Shown: positions 31,901 to 38,405 of the stretch, piece after piece | Position numbering within the stretch: position 1 is the first letter of the stretch | Layout of the letters: every line of letters begins with the position of its first letter | IMG/VR virus record: IMGVR_UViG_3300042893_000474 | Location: 29,700-93,699 of that record | Strand: one strand, 5' to 3' | DNA length: 64,000 nucleotides | Source: a virus | Program-made: the position numbers and the translations under genes | The notes under the pieces: model-generated | Told to the model about the DNA's origin: nothing | Database searches by the model: none | Seen by the model: only the letters and a program-made list of their open reading frames with translations

Positions 31901-32340
31901 ATCCTTTGGGAGATTACGTACAAATTCAACAAAAGATATCTGATTTACAAAAAGATATCCTAAAGAGAGACCCTCAAGATAATGTCTACTTTATGGAAGG
32001 CGAGTGGGATAAAATGTCTAAACCTGATGTAGAAGAAATGAAATCTAAAGTTGCTGAGTGGGGAGTTCTTAAAGTAGAAAAGATGATGATGGAGTCGTCA
32101 AACCCAGTTATTGAAGCTGCTAAAATGGAAAAAGACATTAGTGCTTATGAAGGTTCTCAAGATGTAAAACAGATAGAATTTATGTTGCAAGACTTTTATG
32201 ATGTTAAATTACCTAAAGCTCCTAAGAATGAACAGACTGAATTTTATAAATCAGTAGAGAAAGCATTTCAAAAGAATAGACGTAGCACTATCCAGAAAAG
32301 TTTTGAGCAACTACAACAAAGCCAGATGTCTCCAGAATAA
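25903..32340 (+). CDS. giant ejection protein with zincin-like metallopeptidase domain and C-terminal membrane helices
   Basis: 2145 aa; FYDP..NTIYI...LIHEAVHAYT...EEFVSEYLSNPYF zincin motif; hydrophobic pair flanking GGGGDDD near the C-terminus; the only Cys is residue 3. Confidence 0.75.
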   Translation: MSCFAKIKSPLNGKTITSPAYYQLTSFFPPAEGRRIYEATTTISFKTEIGFDWTKRQQGYSPKLNFAGEPTLDQINTHLRLNLNPREIRAGEQMDEVASLGYLNKGYANPNAFNLITNEINLNPKYSLIESEVLARDGKYYLSVKPVPNGKSVKPVSKDYLRTVKFPDMIVNSVEDFSNAGLIELMDNLLKNKELPPFQHKMLERLRNLMKINPTLKLAVFDDAEVDQEFQRSFYDPKSNTIYIGKTITSDFNKESFARELIHEAVHAYTISALTNPVTAEENRFRQEMERYISEYKSKFPRLQQQYGFKNVEEFVSEYLSNPYFRNDLQEAERTSKDKTFIGRVTGNIKRFLKNVLGLGDTLFDRVNQTIDDYFDYLENLEDMPDLAGEHELRFNQPYAAQPVNPLSVNLSQFQQYVDSTFNSSSWKQLSQGLSEIDPRFASIERIREKFGNISSASLGSTIKSSIDYLVAIEQLVDRVAKDVDLHRDNLGYYSSEDAVSVFNHAIHIAEFVQEQMAAYNQYLMPQLRMEQTKTDLDINPVGAAEFRQERRSQVENFDIVSQELIAKLKGISNKSNSLKSEAKSSILAPVASQLSEPFILIAAQLKEPNSQLNQEIDAKEKLYQQALASNQNKKAADMLKDLNQLRMFRDWVPTQQNIIKLLQTGMNPEYTGANFFTIYLGVANMTGSPLVQVVKEYLDVHLTEAGNKSLEYTNRASKLFDKIEARNKKQGIRWTQSIDNFYKNLTREVDMVYYDANGVRRVVKQLAYNTKFKEAEFRNDLQELKRNVDSAKKGGVEAEIVEAQEKLQKFLDDYAVRPYTDEYYEAEDLLISEARDARADLLDQLEEHQAVFGDAEASQEERKHRTELRRAYERLGSIYNEDGTEKPKGTKERNIADSIIAYKNKRKALEAIEFVIPDKVKVRFDIEKNSRKQKVADLERKISILNTDIADEIALGQDPTTKQNELVDITAQLEIAKNDLTKWLNANTRTEIDPEFFELQRSIADKIKNIFLKYGEDPLLSEAYDELFNSVKGYRDQDGIIVGSQIQRGLGQTIKDLETKIEKLKEDAEENRQISDQDKETLKVLFKQISDIQTKETTEYYVEQYNSVARAARVDLYADAQQVIEIKELSEKLADQYIENEGLVDEDLELDDNLPVLNHPSEFGTDKHRNDLISSYENMITEMRLQQRIKESDWYKGNHISIKKSYTDKKTGKKVIKIYERPIYIWNRTIPRNAAYIKQENPNFDWAVPRVRDEYKNKDYNFLGSARPRQTTDNKYTNEVYTKSLQDDKDIADEMVGLYEDIQRNLPVSQRLEGYVVPNKTREAKENITDMFTNPLARFKGWVDGWKLIFKPGLAGEDQYEDEISSLINEEDKQKISKSKRKVQLIKTRYKEPLNTNQVSRVLVQSLAEYGAYAAEFGGLKKAMPAVFAAREAALETNIPDGDVQMLDNEIQRFFYGGEVSNTSLGNNPYMKATMRAMRRMFRFSQSRVLLFNFLRVFKNIFNNFLKIVLSKNKYGLTRKELLRAWWKGLNMRRSLVSLEIGSKQHSDYALKLVHFRALPAADPTKLASNVHQTSIFKYANAENFSGQIFGYMEMASTIPIYEALIARLDVPIVINGQQTRINLSDAYEVIDGILVPKEGVFGLELNAMRSLVEDRKQIISTYLAQEGVSTIEKLSSAQKTKLKGLLTSIDVKINSLEKVNSVKQEKLKLIEQQLRDQIHELYTSTQGNYYGRSRSAYEKNLFASMVMSMRRWLAPNLQTNFGQRRLSLYTGNLEGGFYAEGGKSLLRKMRYLVAGERMDLGSTEFEKEKHQRIFRDTLNVVGLHAISLGLTSLLFMGLGGGGDDDPSKLLSLLAIISLGTYDEAISLHPLLAPANWTYKTFFRQPLARPGDEEGGASSAVRHGLYALFGPQMRSFDQIFEAIFDSRNITDPFEPYYEQRRDMGGNSIVNTPAPTRGLPRVLAMAMKYYGVESGLKPFYAPRKRVMDMLKLNPMLGMQDPLGDYVQIQQKISDLQKDILKRDPQDNVYFMEGEWDKMSKPDVEEMKSKVAEWGVLKVEKMMMESSNPVIEAAKMEKDISAYEGSQDVKQIEFMLQDFYDVKLPKAPKNEQTEFYKSVEKAFQKNRRSTIQKSFEQLQQSQMSPE

Positions 32341-32348
32341 GAAATAAC

Positions 32349-32378
32349 TTGACAAAATAACAATTAAAATTAACTTTG
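32349..32378 (+). promoter_or_regulatory. Bacteroidota sigma-70-type promoter
   Basis: TTG (32349-32351)-N19-TAACTTTG (32371-32378) upstream of 32426. Confidence 0.8.
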
Positions 32379-32425
32379 TATTGTCGGGCGAAAGCCGAGT
32401 GGCAACACTGTAAAGATTAAATAAA

Positions 32426-35338
32426 ATGGACAATTCACAACTACTAAACGAACAAGCTAGGAAACTTAGGCAACTAGCTAACACCCTTGAGTCTGCTACA
32501 GCGTATCAGACCAATGGACAAAACAGATTAAGAGTATCAATCGAGGGCGGAGCTGCTGTTGTTAACACAACTCTTGCACCTGCAACTATGCGTCCCACTT
32601 TAGGTGGTGACTTGCAATTTGGTCTTCCGATTCGAGGCTCAGAAAACTTAACCGATCCCGTAGATCGTTTCCGTGTATCTCAGCCTCAGTCAATGTTTGA
32701 TACTGACTTTGAATATGGTACACAGCCTACAAAGTGGGAAACAATCAACTTGATTAACAATAGACCCTACGCTACTTATAACGTACAAACCCCTTTGGCT
32801 GTTAGTGCTATTTCTAGCGTTGCTGGTTCTCGTGTCGTAACTGTAACTACTGCTACTTCGGTAGCTGCTGGTTCTCCTGTATTTATCCAAGACGCTACTT
32901 CGGAGTTTGCTAATGGTTTATTTACTGCAAATACTACTGGTACAACATTTACTTACACTGCTCAATATCCAGCACCGACTACAGGTTCTATATTAAACTC
33001 AGGTGTAACTGCGGTATACCAAGGACAAATTTATACAGGAGCTGCAATCGGAACTGCTCCAACTTTTGGTTGGACTTCTGGCTTATTAATTCCTGTTACA
33101 ACTACCGTTCCTCACGGATTGGCTTTAGGTAATGAGATTGTTGTTACGGGTACTTCTCAAGCTAACGCAAACGGTGCGTGGACAGTTGTTCGTATTATAT
33201 CTGAAACTCAGTTTGCATATTATGCTACTACAGCCCCTGCTGCTAACCCTACAGGTGGATTAGTATTTAGCCGTCCTCAAGGTTCTGCTTTACATAGAGC
33301 GTTTGATGGAGGTGTTAAATTCTCATCTAACGCACAATCTGCAAACGAGCAGTTGATTCGTCAGACTCGTAAATACTTCCGTTATCAATCTGGTAAAGGT
33401 ATTATGATGTCTACGGGTTCTATTTTGAAGCCATCTTTTAACCCTGATTTGATTACATCTGTTGGAACTTTAGTTACTGTTAATACTAAAGAGGCTCACA
33501 GTCTTCAGTTTGGGGCTCAGATTGTAGTACTTGGTTGTGTAGAAACTGCATATAATGGTACATTCAACGTAACAGCAGTAATTAGCCCTACTCAGTTTCA
33601 ATATGTTGCTGGTTCAACTCCTAGTGCTGCTTCAGCCTCAGGGCAATACCAAATATATGTAAACGCTTGGGTAGGTTCTATTTGTCGTTTAGGTATGTAC
33701 GATGAACAGAACGGAATGTTTTTTGAATTTGACGGACAAACTTTGTACGCTGTTCGCAGGGCCTCTGTTTATCAAATTTCAGGTAGTATCACAGTAAATA
33801 ACGGGGCAAATCTTGTAACGGGCGTAGGTTCTGAGTTTTCAACTCAATTAATTGCTAACGATAAGGTTGTAATTAAAGGACAGTCTTATAAAGTTGTTAG
33901 AGTAATTAGTGATACTCAATTCACAATCAATCCTTCATATAGAGGACCCTCTATTACCGCACCTTCTTTTGCGTATGTAACTAAGACTGTAGACACAAAA
34001 ATTCCTCAGTCTCTTTGGAACATTGATAGAATGAATGGTGCTGGTGGAACTGCTAACCCATCAGGATTTAACTTGGATTTATCTAAGATGCAGATGTTCT
34101 ACATCGATTATTCTTGGTATGGTGCAGGACCGATTCGTTGGGGATTCCGTGGTGCAAATGGTCAAGTGACTTATTGCCACAAGTTATCTAACAACAACGT
34201 AAATCTTGAGGCATATATGAGATCGGGTAACTTACCTGCTCGTTATGAGACAAGTACAGTACCTCCTACAACTCGTATTATTTCAAATGTAGGTGCAAGT
34301 GATACCACTATTAGCGTATTGGATACTACCTTCTTCCCAACTAGTGGAATTATTGTAGTCAATACAGGCGGTGCAAGTGGAACCATTGAATACATAAACT
34401 ACACTGGCAAAACTGCAACTACATTTACGGGATTGACTCGTGCAAGGGCAGGTGAACCTTCAGGTGTTACTGTAACTATCGCAATAGGTTCTGTTACAGG
34501 TACTGTGGCAAGTGCTGCAAACCTACAAATTGGTCAGCGTGTAATCTCTACTGCTTTTCCTGATGGAACTTACATTGCAAACATTTCTGGAACCACAATT
34601 ACTTTCAGTAACTCTGCAAGTATTCTGAATCCAACAGGAGTTATCTTTTCACCTATGGGTGCTACTACAGGTCAAGCATATACTTTCAACGCTAATGCTC
34701 CTATCGGAGTTGAGTTTGGTGGACCTACTGCTGCACCAATCATTTCACACTGGGGATCTTCAGTAATTATGGATGGTCGTTTTGATGAAGATAAGCAGTT
34801 CTTATTTACAGCAGGTTCTACTACGGCTTTATCAGTAGCAACAGCAGGTTTGCGATATGCTTTGGCATCTATCAGACTTGCACCTTCTGTAAGTTCTGGT
34901 CTTGTTGGAGCGTTTGGTATTCGTGAAATTATTAACCGAATGCAGTTATCCTTAAACGAAATTGGTATTTACGCACAGGGTAACTACCTTGTAACCTTGG
35001 TTCTTAACGGAACCGTAAGTGCTGCCGATACTTGGACTAACGTAGGTGGATCTTCTTTGACTCAGGTGTGTTTCCACGGAGCAGCTCGTACTGTCGCAGG
35101 TGGTGAGGTTGTGGGTGGATTTTATGTAAACTCAGGGGGTGCAACTTTCGGTACTACTACTTATAACTTGACAAGGGTTCGAGATTTGTCTAACTCTATC
35201 TTAGGAGGCGGTGTAGCAGCTGTAAATACTCAGTTCTATCCTGACGGACCAGATATGTTGACTATTGTGGTACAGGCTTTGACCACAGGTACATCTAACG
35301 TATTCGGACGTATATCTTGGACTGAAGCACAAGCATAA
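32426..35338 (+). CDS. tail fibre / virion appendage protein
   Basis: 970 aa Thr/Gly/Ser/Ala-rich beta protein with three repeats of VT-T..HGL..G..V.I.G....NG.F.V type; lies between the giant genes and the lysis genes. Confidence 0.65.
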   Translation: MDNSQLLNEQARKLRQLANTLESATAYQTNGQNRLRVSIEGGAAVVNTTLAPATMRPTLGGDLQFGLPIRGSENLTDPVDRFRVSQPQSMFDTDFEYGTQPTKWETINLINNRPYATYNVQTPLAVSAISSVAGSRVVTVTTATSVAAGSPVFIQDATSEFANGLFTANTTGTTFTYTAQYPAPTTGSILNSGVTAVYQGQIYTGAAIGTAPTFGWTSGLLIPVTTTVPHGLALGNEIVVTGTSQANANGAWTVVRIISETQFAYYATTAPAANPTGGLVFSRPQGSALHRAFDGGVKFSSNAQSANEQLIRQTRKYFRYQSGKGIMMSTGSILKPSFNPDLITSVGTLVTVNTKEAHSLQFGAQIVVLGCVETAYNGTFNVTAVISPTQFQYVAGSTPSAASASGQYQIYVNAWVGSICRLGMYDEQNGMFFEFDGQTLYAVRRASVYQISGSITVNNGANLVTGVGSEFSTQLIANDKVVIKGQSYKVVRVISDTQFTINPSYRGPSITAPSFAYVTKTVDTKIPQSLWNIDRMNGAGGTANPSGFNLDLSKMQMFYIDYSWYGAGPIRWGFRGANGQVTYCHKLSNNNVNLEAYMRSGNLPARYETSTVPPTTRIISNVGASDTTISVLDTTFFPTSGIIVVNTGGASGTIEYINYTGKTATTFTGLTRARAGEPSGVTVTIAIGSVTGTVASAANLQIGQRVISTAFPDGTYIANISGTTITFSNSASILNPTGVIFSPMGATTGQAYTFNANAPIGVEFGGPTAAPIISHWGSSVIMDGRFDEDKQFLFTAGSTTALSVATAGLRYALASIRLAPSVSSGLVGAFGIREIINRMQLSLNEIGIYAQGNYLVTLVLNGTVSAADTWTNVGGSSLTQVCFHGAARTVAGGEVVGGFYVNSGGATFGTTTYNLTRVRDLSNSILGGGVAAVNTQFYPDGPDMLTIVVQALTTGTSNVFGRISWTEAQA

Positions 35339-35757
35339 TGAAGAGCTCTTTGTTAGCCATAACTTTTACTACAGTTTGTGCATTTGTTGGCAGTTACTTC
35401 TTGAAGTTAACTGCTGACAATGCCGAACAATACTTAGCTGTTGTATCTGTAGTATTCATTGACGGATTTTTTGGTGTATGGGCTGGTACAAAAATGGAAG
35501 GCTTTAAGACCAAGAAAGCATTAAGTGTACTTAAGACCTTAATGGTTTGGGTATTTATGCTTACAGGAATCCTGATGATTGAGAGAGGCTTTCAAGGAAC
35601 ATTTTGGTTAAGCGAAACTATTTGTGCTCCTTTTATTCTCTTTCAGCTTATAAGTGCACTTAAGAACGCAGGTAGGGCAGGGTTAATTAAAAATGAGTTA
35701 CTGCAGTTAATCTTAGATAAAATCGACCAACATAAAGTAAATGAAAAACAAGATTGA
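35338..35757 (+). CDS. holin (phage holin 4 / toxin-secretion-lysis type)
   Basis: 139 aa, 3-4 TM helices, D-x-F-F-G-V...K-A...S-A-L-K-N-A...G-L-I pattern, charged C-tail. Confidence 0.75.
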   Translation: MKSSLLAITFTTVCAFVGSYFLKLTADNAEQYLAVVSVVFIDGFFGVWAGTKMEGFKTKKALSVLKTLMVWVFMLTGILMIERGFQGTFWLSETICAPFILFQLISALKNAGRAGLIKNELLQLILDKIDQHKVNEKQD

Positions 35758-36061
35758 AGCTATTATAATAGGGCTACTGTTAATTGCAGTAGCCTTTTTG
35801 TTATGGGAGAGAAAATCCTTAGATAGCGGAAACGAAGAAAAGTTTATGGCATACATGGATTCTATGCAGAAACGCAATGAAGTCATGTTTAGTAAAGTAG
35901 ACTCATTAAACACACTTAAACACGAACAATTCAGTTACTATGAAAAAATCAACCTCAAGTATGACACTATTCAGATTGCTCTTGACACTATGCCTGATAT
36001 TGACGGCACAAAGTTCTTACTCACAATCTCTAGACAGCTTACCGCTAAAGGAGTTGAATAA
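35741..36061 (+). CDS. spanin-like inner-membrane anchored protein
   Basis: N-terminal TM helix followed by a coiled region; overlaps the holin and the next gene. Confidence 0.5.
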   Translation: MKNKIEAIIIGLLLIAVAFLLWERKSLDSGNEEKFMAYMDSMQKRNEVMFSKVDSLNTLKHEQFSYYEKINLKYDTIQIALDTMPDIDGTKFLLTISRQLTAKGVE

Positions 36062-36311
36062 CGAATTCCTCAGAGGTATCAAAGCCAGAGAGAGAGTAGT
36101 TATTCTTAAGAACGTAATTCATTTAGACAGTCAACAAATTAATTTGTACAGGGATTCTATTGTGCCTACTTATCAACAAATGGTAGAAACGTCTAAGATA
36201 GAAGTCACTCGTCTTAATCGTGTAATAGATCGAAAGAATCTAGAGATGAAGATGTATAAGTACGGTTTCTTAGGTATGTCTATTCTTGCTATCTTTAGCT
36301 TTATCTTGTAA
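35961..36311 (+). CDS. spanin-like partner (signal peptide + coiled coil + C-terminal TM)
   Basis: Probable start MTLFRLLLTLCLILTAQSSYS|Q; ~100-nt out-of-frame overlap with the upstream gene as in Rz/Rz1 pairs; C-terminal hydrophobic helix. Confidence 0.5.
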   Translation: MTLFRLLLTLCLILTAQSSYSQSLDSLPLKELNNEFLRGIKARERVVILKNVIHLDSQQINLYRDSIVPTYQQMVETSKIEVTRLNRVIDRKNLEMKMYKYGFLGMSILAIFSFIL

Positions 36312-36313
36312 CC

Positions 36314-36892
36314 ATGAAAAGACTTATTATATTATTGTTATTTTTAGTTGCTGTAAACATCTATGCTCAGAGAGATAGTGTGTTTATCAAGACTCCTATT
36401 TATTCTTGTGTATACTCAGAAGTTCTTCAACAACCTAAGCATGTCTGGTACACAGTACAATGCCCAAATGGTTCTTATCCTCGTAAAGGAATGGACTTCT
36501 ATACTAACGATAGTGTAAAGACATCTGATGGGAAAGACTACGAAGCTAACGTATGGGACAAAGGACACTGTGCACCAGCAGCTGACTTTAACTGCACAAA
36601 AGAAACTCTGTGGCAGACTTTCTCTTACTTGAATTGTATTCTCCAGCATGAGAAACTAAACAGAGGTGCTTGGAGATTACTTGAAGTACGTGAGAGAGAA
36701 TTAGCTAAATTAGGTAAAGTAGAAGTAGAGATAAGAGTTATCTATGGACCTAAAGCTGTTAAGTTACCAACAGGTGCAACTATTCCAACAGCGTTCTACA
36801 AAACTATAAAGTTTGGAAATACAAAAGAAGTATATTACTTTGCAAACGAAGCACCCGTTACTACAGACTATACTAAGTATAAGGTGCAGTAA
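36314..36892 (+). CDS. secreted DNA/RNA non-specific endonuclease (NucA/EndoG beta-beta-alpha-Me family)
   Basis: DKGHCAPAADF (DRGH-type), TF..LN...Q...LNRGAW, IPTAFYK motifs; signal peptide MKRLIILLLFLVAVNIYA|Q. Confidence 0.85.
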   Translation: MKRLIILLLFLVAVNIYAQRDSVFIKTPIYSCVYSEVLQQPKHVWYTVQCPNGSYPRKGMDFYTNDSVKTSDGKDYEANVWDKGHCAPAADFNCTKETLWQTFSYLNCILQHEKLNRGAWRLLEVRERELAKLGKVEVEIRVIYGPKAVKLPTGATIPTAFYKTIKFGNTKEVYYFANEAPVTTDYTKYKVQ

Positions 36893-36903
36893 AAAGCACT
36901 GTT

Positions 36904-37194
36904 ATGATTAAGACAATTAACGAAAAAATCCACGAGTATTTTTTAGAGTCGGAAAGAGACGGACTCAATAGTAATAAGACAAGGTCAAGAGGGGAATACC
37001 CAAATGCTCTACTTATTACCAAAGAGCAGTATAAAGAGACATTAAAGCAAATGTTTAAACTCCAAGATGACGTAGCTGATGAAGTCCTATTGGAGATTAA
37101 AGTAATGTCTATAGAAGGTCTCAAAGTAATTATTACAGATTACTTAGATGAGCCTAAGGTTATCCGACTGACAGAAATAAAAAACCCCTCATAA
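36904..37194 (+). CDS. hypothetical protein
   Basis: 96-aa ORF, last of the plus-strand block, ends inside the terminator hairpin. Confidence 0.6.
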   Translation: MIKTINEKIHEYFLESERDGLNSNKTRSRGEYPNALLITKEQYKETLKQMFKLQDDVADEVLLEIKVMSIEGLKVIITDYLDEPKVIRLTEIKNPS

Positions 37195-37203
37195 AGAGGG
37201 GTT
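37175..37203 (-). terminator. intrinsic terminator between convergent blocks
   Basis: AACCCCTC-ATAAA-GAGGGGTT stem (37183-37203), with a U-tract on the minus strand. Confidence 0.7.
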
Positions 37204-37236
37204 GATCAGTTGAGCCTAAAAGGTTAGAATAGTGTT

Positions 37237-37503
37237 TTAGGAAAAGCACTCAAGCATTTGTGCCTTAGAGAGAATAGTCAACTGATCGTGATCTTTGATG
37301 AAGTTTTTCAAAGTTTCTACATCAGAAGGATCTAATTCCAAAGATTCACCAGCATGTAGTTTCAATGCCCATGCCATGTATTTCAAAGCATCTCCTTTAC
37401 TTGAAGAAACAAGCATTTGAGCTACGATTTTACCAAGGTTAGAACCTTCAATTTCTTTACCGTCTAAATCTGTAACGGCTTTGTTTAAATCAATTTTTTT
37501 CAT
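37237..37503 (-). CDS. hypothetical protein, likely fibre-associated chaperone
   Basis: 88 aa (DLDGKEI...LALK...LELD) at the distal end of the fibre operon; A/C-rich leader. Confidence 0.5.
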   Translation of the reverse strand: MKKIDLNKAVTDLDGKEIEGSNLGKIVAQMLVSSSKGDALKYMAWALKLHAGESLELDPSDVETLKNFIKDHDQLTILSKAQMLECFS

Positions 37504-37525
37504 ATAGGTTGGTTTTTAATTTTAA

Positions 37526-37837
37526 TTATTCTGCTGACTCTTCTTCGCTCAACTCAACAAATCCAAGTTTACTTAATGCCCAGTTAAGTACATAGGAATC
37601 ATCATTTCCCCAAGATGCATACTCTTCTGAAGTCATAAATAAGTTTCCATCAAGAATACTTTCTCCTGGAATTTCAGTCTGAACTTCATCAATTGCATAA
37701 GGAGCTCCTTTTTTAACTTCCCAATAGAAAGTAGGACTAGCTTCACTAGATTTTTTAATATCTAAATTCAAACATTTAATTGCAAAGTATTTGCCTGTGC
37801 CTTTACTTGGAACAATTACATCTTCAATTTTTATCAT
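37526..37837 (-). CDS. hypothetical fibre-associated protein
   Basis: 103 aa with GNL.MT.EEY..WG.DDSYV..WA motif seen next to phage fibre genes. Confidence 0.55.
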   Translation of the reverse strand: MIKIEDVIVPSKGTGKYFAIKCLNLDIKKSSEASPTFYWEVKKGAPYAIDEVQTEIPGESILDGNLFMTSEEYASWGNDDSYVLNWALSKLGFVELSEEESAE

Positions 37838-37841
37838 AGTA

Positions 37842-37871
37842 CAAATATAATGTTTAAAGTGAAAAAGTCAA
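37842..37871 (-). promoter_or_regulatory. Bacteroidota promoter, probably driving a leaderless mRNA
   Basis: Minus strand TTG (37871-37869)-N19-TATATTTG (37849-37842)-TACT-ATG (37837). Confidence 0.7.
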
Positions 37872-37872
37872 C

Positions 37873-38403
37873 TTACATAACATTCACAATAAGTCCATTT
37901 TGTATATCTAAAGTTTGTTGTCCTGGAGGATTTGTAGGTACTGTAAACATTCCCGTAAAACCACTTACACCCGAACCATTTGCTGCGGCAGTAATTCTAC
38001 CCTTACTGTCAATAGTTATATCTGCATTTGTATATGCCCCAGGGGTAACAGAAGTGTTTGCTAAAGTAACTGTAATTGCAGTAGACCCTGAACCAGTAGC
38101 ATCTCCTGATAGAGTAATAGTTTGGTTGCCACTAACGGGAGTGAAGCCTAGAGCAGTAGTGACATCACTACCACTCAAGGTTACTGCTCCGACTCTAGTG
38201 TTAAAACTAGTTACCAAATTGGCTGTACTGAGCCCCAAAGTAACATCACCCGTTCCCGAATCAACGCCTGTACTACTAATAGTCAAAGGCGAATTTACAA
38301 ATATTCTAGTGGCCAATGCTTGACCTGTAGTAACGGTGTTGATGTCTACTCTACGTATAGAGCCGTCTTCTATTAATGTAGTTGGTATCTGAGTCCTAGC
38401 CAT
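37873..38403 (-). CDS. short tail-fibre-like protein
   Basis: VTSFN.R.GAVTL...DV..ALGFTP, GNQTITLSGDATGSG and YT...IDSKGRIT fibre repeats. Confidence 0.7.
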   Translation of the reverse strand: MARTQIPTTLIEDGSIRRVDINTVTTGQALATRIFVNSPLTISSTGVDSGTGDVTLGLSTANLVTSFNTRVGAVTLSGSDVTTALGFTPVSGNQTITLSGDATGSGSTAITVTLANTSVTPGAYTNADITIDSKGRITAAANGSGVSGFTGMFTVPTNPPGQQTLDIQNGLIVNVM

Positions 38404-38405
38404 GA

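Noticed and set aside
32381-32425. c-di-GMP or other known riboswitch
   Set aside because: The UTR is only ~45 nt and has a single hairpin; the required multi-stem consensus is absent.
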